NCBI GenBank assembly: GCA_034003625.1
Contig: JAVEYG010000015.1
Span: forward strand, 22,726-86,725
DNA length: 64,000 nucleotides
Direction of reading: 5' to 3'
DNA from: Prolixibacteraceae bacterium
Lineage (GTDB): Bacteria; Bacteroidota; Bacteroidia; Bacteroidales; Prolixibacteraceae
Part shown: one piece after another, positions 27,501-36,500 of the stretch
How positions within the stretch are numbered: position 1 is the stretch's first letter
How the letters are laid out: each line of letters starts with the position of its first letter
Notes under the pieces: generated by a model
Databases searched by the model: none
The model's input: the letters and a program-made list of their open reading frames with translations, nothing else
What the model was told of the DNA's origin: nothing
Translations under genes and position numbers: made by a program

Positions 27501-30500
27501 TTCATATAGGAAAATACGATGTCGAGCAAAGGCGAACGGTTCAGGTCCCGCTTCAGATTCAGGTTTTCAACCAGTTCGTCAAACGGGTAATCCTGGTTTG
27601 CGAAAGCCTGCGCTGCCGTTTCCCGGACTTCACTCAGAAAATCGTTTATCCGTTTGTTCTCCTTCGGAAATACCCTGACAGGAAGGTTGTTGACAAACAT
27701 ACCCAGCAAACCGGACAGATCATCGTCGCCACGGCCCGTGGTGGTCACGCCAATTACCAGATCTTCCTGTTGTGTGTATTTGTGCATCACCATTTGATAA
27801 ACGGCCAACAGGATCATGAAAGTGGAAAGCCCCTCGCCGGACGACATTTTTTTGATCCCGGCGGTCAATGTTTCATCCAGAGCGAACGAAACCACGCCTG
27901 CTTCAGCCGACTGGCCGGCGCTGCGCGGAAAATCCAGCGGGAGGTTGATAACCGGTACTTCCTCCCGGAATTGTTCCATCCACCATTCTTTTTGGCGGCT
28001 GATTTCTTCTTTTTTTAAGGCGCTGTTTTGCCAGATAGCGTAATCTTTATACTGGATTCTGAGCGGTTCAGGAGTTTTCCCATCGTAGAAACCGAAAAGT
28101 TCCTTTTTCAAAATTTCCATGGAAAAAGCATCGATTACAATGTGATGCGCATCAAACAATACCAGGTGTTGGTCTGGCGAAAGTTCGATGATTGCTGACC
28201 GGAAGAGTGGCGCTTTACCGAGATCGAATGGTTGAATAAAGCTGCGGATATAATTCCTGGCTTCTTTTTCCGTCATTTTCAGAACGGGAATATTAAGCTC
28301 CACCTGCTCGTGCACAATTTGTACCGGCATATCGTCCACCAAATCGAACGAGGTTCGCAAAATTTCATGGCGTTCGGCGAGCCGGCGAAATGCCTGAATC
28401 AGCGCATCCACCCGGAGATTTCCTTTGATATTCCAGATTTCCGGGATGTGGTAGCTGAGCTTGTCTGTAGTCAGTTGATCGAGGATGAACAGCCGGCGCT
28501 GTGCGGCAGAAACCGGGTACCAGTCGCTTTTTTTCGCAGGAACAATGGCAGTTATTTCTGTCTTCGGCGCTTTCGCTGTTTTTCCCTCCAGGAAAGCCGC
28601 CAGTTCAGCAATCGTCAGGTAGTTAAATAAATCGCCGATGCTCACCTGAAGCCGTTGTTTTTCAAGCAGGCTGCTGATTTTGATGGCATGAATGGAATCG
28701 CCGCCCAAATCATAATAATTGTCGTTGATGTTGAGTTCAGTATAACCCAAAACGTTTCCCCAAATTTCGGCGATTATTTTTTCATAGTCTGAATAGTTCC
28801 CGTTTTCCCTTCCTGAAAGCGCTATTTTGCCTTCGGTTTCGATGATGTTTTGTTGGATTTTTGCAGATGGCGTAATAATTTCATTTTCAAAAAAGAACGG
28901 CAATCCGGCCGATAAATCCAGTCGGCTCAAATCCGTTTCTCCCAAAATAACGGATGTTTTGCCCGACAACAGGATTTTTCCGATGGCATCGACTGCTTCG
29001 CGGGGAGCGATGGATTTGAAAACACCGTCGTCGGCAACACGGTGCTCGAAAGCCATCCCGGTTTCTTTCCAGGCCGTCAGGTTGATGCTGAGCACATTCA
29101 TGCCCGATCGCTTCAGTTCGTGGCAAACCGCGTCCAAAAAGTTATTGGCTGCCGTATAGTCGCTTTGCCCGGAGGTGGGCAAAATGGCTGTCAATGCTGA
29201 AGTCATCAGGAAAAAATCAGGTTTTTCATCAGGCAACAGCCTGCAAAGATTAATCGTTCCATGAATTTTGGGGCGGATAACTTCCCTGAAAACCCCCAAA
29301 TCCTTTTTATGGATCAGCCCCTCGCCCGGAACCCCGGCAGCATGGATTACGCCGCGGATAGCGCCCAATGATTTGATATTTTCAATTGTCTGTTTCAGCG
29401 CGTTAAAATCGGCGACATCTGCCTTGTGAAAAGATACTTCTGCGCCTTTATCTTCGATGGATTGGATTTTCTCGATTTTCCGGCAAAGTTTTTCATCCGT
29501 TCTTTCCTGTAAAAGCCGGTTCCAATGCTCCCGCGGGGGGAATGCCGAACGGTTCAGGAGCGCCAGTTTTACCTTTGCACTCGTGGCCAGGAATTCCGCC
29601 ATTTCCAGCCCTATTCCACCAGTCCCTCCGGTAATTACATACAAACCGTCCCGCAGCGTTTTCGGTTGTTGCCCGTTCAAATGAATGAGTTTGATTTCCC
29701 GGATAAACCGTTCGCCATTCCGGATAGCGCGATAATACCAGGATTCGTCGAAACCCACCCGAACTTCATCTAAAATTTCTGAAACCGAAGTATGTTCATC
29801 CACATCCAGAAACCGGCATCTGACATTGGGATTTTCCTGCCCGATAACCTGTCCGAGGCCGGCGACAGAGTTGTAAAGGGAATTCAGATATTTTTCGTTC
29901 CCGCTGACTTCATGAACATTTTTCCCCACCAGGAGCAGATCGGTTTTTGAAGCCAAATGGCCTGAAATATATTTCGCCAAATTGAAAACACTGTACAAAG
30001 AAGCGCTCAGCCGGTCTTCCAAAGTAACTTCGTCCGTGGTTTCCGGAAGAAGGAAAATAAGCTCTTCCGGAAAACCATTCAAGAATATTTCAGCGAAATT
30101 ATCCTGACTGATTTCCAACGTTGTCGCACCTGCCGACCGGAAGGCTCCGACGGTTTCCGGTGCACTGCCGTGATTAAACAGGACAACCGGAAATCCTTTT
30201 GTTTCCGGACCCGGTTTTTGCAGTGGCCAGGTTTTCCACACCAGTTCGTGGAATATTTTTTTGCTCTGCGCCGCTTTTTTTAGGGTGAAATTTTTGAAGG
30301 TAGCAACGGCTTCTCCACTTTCGTCCGTGAACACGACATCAAAGCTGCGGGTTTCAGGTGTGCTGTTTTGAATTTTAACGTAACTGAACAGTTTGTTTCC
30401 CGCTTTTTTCCGCAATTGCACCATTCCGAACGACCACGGCAAAAAGCCCGGTTCATCGAGGGCGAAACTCAGGGCGGCATCAGCCAGCGGCGGATACAGG

Positions 30501-33500
30501 TAAAAACCGGCAGCCAGCTGTTCATCTTCCGGAGGTACAGCCAATTCAGCCAGTTGTTCCGTTTCGTTCCACCAGATTTTTTGCAGGCAGTTCCATTTTT
30601 TGCTGACTTGCACGATTTCTCCCGCAGGGAAATTTTCCTCGTGTTTGATTTCGCGGGAAAGCGGCATGGTCGCACGGATTGCCCCAAGGTCGAGCTGTTC
30701 CGGCTGCTTTTTTAAAACAGGGCCGACCTTGAATTTGGCATATTCCGGCCAGTGACCGTCATCCGGTTTGGAATGAACCCGGACGTCAAGTTGATTTTCA
30801 TCGGTTTTATTTGCCGTGATTATCACCTCCGTTTCCTTTTTTTCGGTGACTGTCAGAGGTTGCAACAGGTAAAAATCCTTTATCTGAAGCGAGTCGCTCT
30901 TGAAATGGTTTCTCCCGGCTTCCCAGGCCATTTGCAAATAGGAAACACCCACCAGGGTTGGCTGTCCCATTACCCGGTGTTCGTTCAGCAACCAGTTTTT
31001 ATCATCGAAAATACGGCTGTAAACAGCAGCGGCCGGTGTATCCAACAGGCAGCGGTCCAGAAAAATGCGTTCATACTTTTTGCCGTACCACCTCAAAACC
31101 GGTTCTTTTTCTGCCTTTTTAAGCTGAACCCAGCACCTTTTTTTCTCAAAAGGATAACCGGGTAGCGAAACCTTTGCAACGCCCGATGATGCGAAATAAT
31201 CCTCCCACAGCACCGTCGCCCCTTTTACATAAGCTTCTGCCACTTTTTTGCCGAGGCTATTTGCCCCCCGTTTAATTTGCGAATTAATCTCCCTGCTGAT
31301 TTCCCGGATTTCATTCTCGGTCAGTTCATCCGCAAGCAATTCTTTTTTGGAAGCGGAAACAGCTTTTGTATGTTGGAAGAAAATATTCTCATCCTTCGCA
31401 GAAACCGGTCCCTGTTTAGTGATAAGGTCGAGTTTTTGCAGAAGTTCTTCTTCATTTTTAAAAAGAACAGCCAGCCGGTGCGTATTATGCCCCCTGCCGG
31501 TGGCCAGCGTATAGCAAAGATTTTCCAGAGAGATGCCCGGGTTTCTCTGGATATGTTCTTTAATGTTCTGAACGTATTCCACCAGACCTTCCTTGCTTCG
31601 CGACGACAAAACAAACAGATGTGTTTCGTCCGATTTCCGCGTAGCTTCCCGGGTTGTCGGGGCTTCTTCCAAAACCACATGGCAATTGGTGCCGCTCAAA
31701 CCGAAAGAGCTTACCCCGCAACGAAGCGGGCTGCCGTTGTTGTTCCAGCTTGCCAATTTTTTGTTGATGTAAGCCGCGCTGTCATCAAAATTGATGTTCC
31801 GGTTCGGCGTTTTAAAATGGACGAGCGGTGTGAGTTGTTTGTGTTTCAAACTGAAAATGGCCTTCAGAACCCCGGCGAGACCGGCAACAGTATCCAGGTG
31901 GCCGATGTTGGCTTTGACTGCCCCAACAGCGCAGAACCTTTTTTCAGGAGTATATCTTTTGAATGCTTTGGTGATACCGTCGATTTCAATAGGATCGCCT
32001 AATTTGGTCGCCGTTCCGTGCGTTTCGATGAAAGTGACCGTGCGCGGATTGATGCCGGCATCCTGCCAGGAAGCATCGATAACATCAGCCTGGGCATCGG
32101 CATTAGGCGCTGTGATGCCATTAGAGTTGCCGTCCTGGTTCATGGCGCTTCCCTTAATGACAGCATAAATATTGTCGCTATCTTGCACAGCTTTTTCCAG
32201 CGGTTTGATCAGCAGGGCAATGACGCCCTCGCCGCCACCTGTTCCATTGGCAGAGTCATCGAAACTATGTGCACGGGCGTCTTCCGAGTCAATTTCCATA
32301 CGTGCACCGGAGTCGAAAGGAAGCAGGTGCAGTTTGGTTCCGCCGACGATTGCTGCATCGATTTTTCCTTCGCGGATGGACTGGCACGCCAGGTGCAAAG
32401 CCACCAACGAGGAGGAGCAAGCGGTGTCTATCAGCAGTGCCGGCCCTTTCAGATTAAAATGATACGACAACCGGCTGGCCAGGATCGAAGGTGTTTGAGC
32501 CGCAAACAGCAGGTTGGGATCCGGGTTTTCACTGGCTTCGACAAATTTTGAATATTCCCCCAGATTGTCGCTGGCGCCAATAAAAACACCGGTGCGGCTT
32601 CCCCAGAGTTTCGTACCGCCATAGCCCGCATCTTCCATCGCGTGGTAAGCGGTCTCCATAAACAGCCGTTGTCCCGGATCAATAACGGAAGCTTCCGACG
32701 GTGATAATTTGAAGAAACCGTAATCGAACTTATCGACTTCCGGCAGATAGCAATATTCCCTGAACCTCAGCCTTTCCGGGTCAAAATCGTGAAGCGCCGC
32801 AAGATTCTGAATATCCGGAATTCTTTCAGCAGGCATAGGTCTGATAAAGTCGGTTCCATTGCACAATTCTTTCCAAAAGTCTTCGGGCGTTTCGCAGGCT
32901 CCGATCCGGGAAGCTATCCCGACAATAGCAATGTCGTGTAATTTTTCCGCTTCGCGTTGATTTTGTTTTGAATGTGTTTCCGCTTCGGCATCTGTTTTTT
33001 GAGCAATGCAGGCCGCCTGTTCTGCTATTTTACTTTTTGAAAAGAGGTCGGTGATTTCCAGCGCTCCGGGGTACCGTTCATTGATTTTCCCGTGGAGTTT
33101 CACCAGAAGTATGGAGTTACCGCCGATGTCAAAAAAATTATCGTAAATACTGATATTTTCTACCGCTAAAACTTCCTGCCACAGCTCGAGCAGGCTTGCT
33201 TCAATTTTGGTTTCCGGGGTTTGAAACACCGCTCCTGTCGCTATATTTTGAATGGCGGGTGGAAGCGCTTTTTTATCCAGTTTTCCGTTGGTTGTCAGTG
33301 GAATTTTTTCCAGTTGGATGAAGAAAGACGGAACCATGTAAGCCGGTAACGAGGAGGAAAGAAAACTTTTCAATTCATTGATTTTCACTTCTTCCTTTGC
33401 AACCAGATAGGCAGCCAGTTCTTTGGTGCCTTCTTTATCGACGGCGATCACCACTGTGTCGGAGACGGCAGGGTGTTGCCGAAGCTGCATTTCAATCTCT

Positions 33501-36500
33501 GCTGTTTCCACGCGGAAACCTCGTATTTGCACTTGGTTGTCGCTGCGGTCGAGGTATTCCATTGTCCCGTCGAAAAGCCACCGGCCCACATCGCCGCTTT
33601 TGTACATCTTTTCGTTGTTTTCGAACGGATTGTCGATAAACCGTTCTGCCGTCAGTTCCGGCCGGTTCAGATAGCCTTTGCCTAAGCCCGTACCGGCCAC
33701 ATAAATTTCGCCATAAACTCCGGCAGGCGCCGGTTGCAGCGCTTCATCCAAAATATACACCCTTGTTTCCGGGAGTGGGACGCCGATGTTGCTGCTGCCG
33801 TCGTTATTTAAAATTTCTTCGTCTGTCAGACGGTGATAGGTAACGTGGATGGTTGTTTCCGTGATGCCGTACATGTTGATCAGCCGTACTTTTTCTGCCG
33901 GATAGGTATTGATCCATTTCACCAGCTTTGAAGGATCCAGCTTATCACCCCCAAAAATGACATAACGAAGATCCAGGGTTTTTCCCGGAATCCTGAGTAC
34001 TGTGTCGATAAATTTGTAAAAAGCACCCGGTGTCTGGTTTAGCACGGTAACCCGGTGCCGGTTCACCAGCCTGACAAAAGCGGAAATGTCGCGGACATCA
34101 TTCCTGTCCGGAACTATCAGTTTTCCACCAAATAACAAGGCGCCGTACATTTCCCAAACCGAAAAATCGAAACAATAGGAATGCGCCATAATCCAGATGT
34201 CGGAAGGTCCGAAATCGAAGTGCGATCGGTCATTCACAAACAGGCGCACTAAATTGCGGTGGCTAATCGGACAACCTTTGGGTTTTCCGGTGGAGCCGGA
34301 AGTAAAAATCACATAAGCGGTGGTGTCAGGCCCGGAATAGCGGCTAACCGGCAGGTTGTCTGTTGCGGCATCATCTGTCGTTTGTTCAATATTATAAATA
34401 CGGCACGCAGGGAAATCCCGGCAAATGGTCTGAAGCCTGTCATATTCTTTATTCTCTGCGAGGATCAGGTTCATTTTGCTTTCCGAAAGAATATGCCCGA
34501 TCCGTTCATCGGGATATTCGGGGTCGATGGGAACATAAGCCCCACCCGCTTTCAGTATGGCCAGTAAAACAACCGGTATGTTTTCCGAAGGTGAAACCAG
34601 TACGCCAACCGGTTCGCCGGGTTCAACCGGATAGTGACTGAGAATGGCGCCCGCCATCTTTTCAGCCCGGGCATTCAATTCTGCATAAGTCAGGCTTCTT
34701 CCATTATAAACCACGGCAACGTTCGAAGGATATTTTGCTGCGGTTTCTTCAAACAGGTCGATAATGGTTTTTTCTTCCGGATAGGAGGTTTTGGTATCGT
34801 TGTATTTCACCAACAGGTTTTCTTTTTCACTATCGCTTAAAATGTTGACAGAGCGGACGCTTTGAGTAGGATTGGCGATCGCCTCCTGCAATAAAACCAG
34901 CAGATGGGAAGCCATTTGTTCGATCCGTTCTTTCCTGAACAGGCGTGTGTTGTATTCAATCAGCAAATCCAGGTTTTCACCGCTGTCGTTAAAGTTGAAG
35001 GTCAGGTCGAATTTACTGATGCTCATCGGTATCCGCAGAGGTTCCACCCGGCTGAATGTTTCACGAAAAGTTAAATCGGTATTTTGCAGGACAATCATCA
35101 CATCAAAAAGCGGAGAGCGGCTGGTGTCGCGCGGGAGTTTCAGTTCTTCCACCAGTTTGTCGAATGGGTACATCTGATGGGAGTAAGCATCGGTTGCCGT
35201 TTCTTTGACCTGTTCCAGGAATCCGGCAAATGATTTTTTCGGATTGATGTGGTCGCGCAGGGCCAGCGTGTTGACGTAATAACCTACCTGATCCTCCAGA
35301 TCGGGATGGTTTCTCCCTGCGACCGGTGTGCCAATTACGATTTCTTCTTTCGCGGTATAGCGATAGAGCAAAACTTTCAGAGCGGCGGTCAGGGTCATAA
35401 ACAAACTGCTCCGTTTTTCGGAACTAAAAACATCGAGCTTCTTTTTTATCTCCGGAGGAAAAGTAAACCAGTTTGAATCGCCTTCATAGGTTTTGACCGG
35501 CGGCCGGGCAAAATCACACGGCAGATCCAATGGCGTGATTTCACCGTCCAGCTTTTGCAGCCAGTAGTTTCGGTCGTCCGTGCTATTCGTGCCGGCAACT
35601 TTTTCGTTCAGCCAGGAAGCGTAATCTTTGTAATGTATGGCAAGCCTGCCGGGCAAGACCGGTTCCCGGTTCAAATGTTTCTTGTATCCGCCAAACAACT
35701 CATCCACCATTATATTGACCGACCAGCCATCGCACACAATGTGGTGGATATTGATGAACAGGATCTGTTTTCGGGCAGCAGTGCGAATGACAGCCAACCG
35801 AATCAACGGAGACTCATCCAGGTTGAAAGGGCGGTGGGCTTCTTCAACTACAAAATCAAAGGCCATTGCATCCGGATCATTCTCCTTTGAAAAGTCAACA
35901 ATCTGCACCGGAATATGTTGTGCAGCTATAACTTTTTGATACGGAGTACCGTCGATTTCGATAAAAGCCGTTCGCAACGACTCGTGCCGTTGGATCATAT
36001 CGTCAAAAGAAGATTGAAGGGCTTCGATATCCAGCTCGTCATAAATGGTAACTGCCAGCGGAATATTGTAAGTTGATTGCGACTTTTCGATTTTATTAAG
36101 CACCCACAGGCGTTTTTGCGCATGCGAAAGTTCATAATATTCAGCTTCGGGCACGAGTGGGATAACACCGAGCGTTTCTTTCTTTTTGTTTCGAATGATT
36201 TTTTCGAGGGCAAGAATGTCGGAAGCCGCAAAAAACTCCTTCAGGCTAAGTTTTACCGACAGCTCTTTCTGAATAGCCGAAACCGCGCGGATGGCTTTCA
36301 AACTGTGCCCTCCCATGCTGAAAAAACCGGCGTTCACCGGAACCAGTTTCCTATCGAGAATTTCGCCAAAAATCTTCGCCAGTGCTTTTTGGGTTTGGCC
36401 GGAAGCGGCAACCCCGCCCGGCGATTCTTCCGTCCGGTTTTCCGGTTTTGGCAACGCTTTGGTATCGACTTTCCCGTTCTGGTTGAGGGGCAACTCTTTC

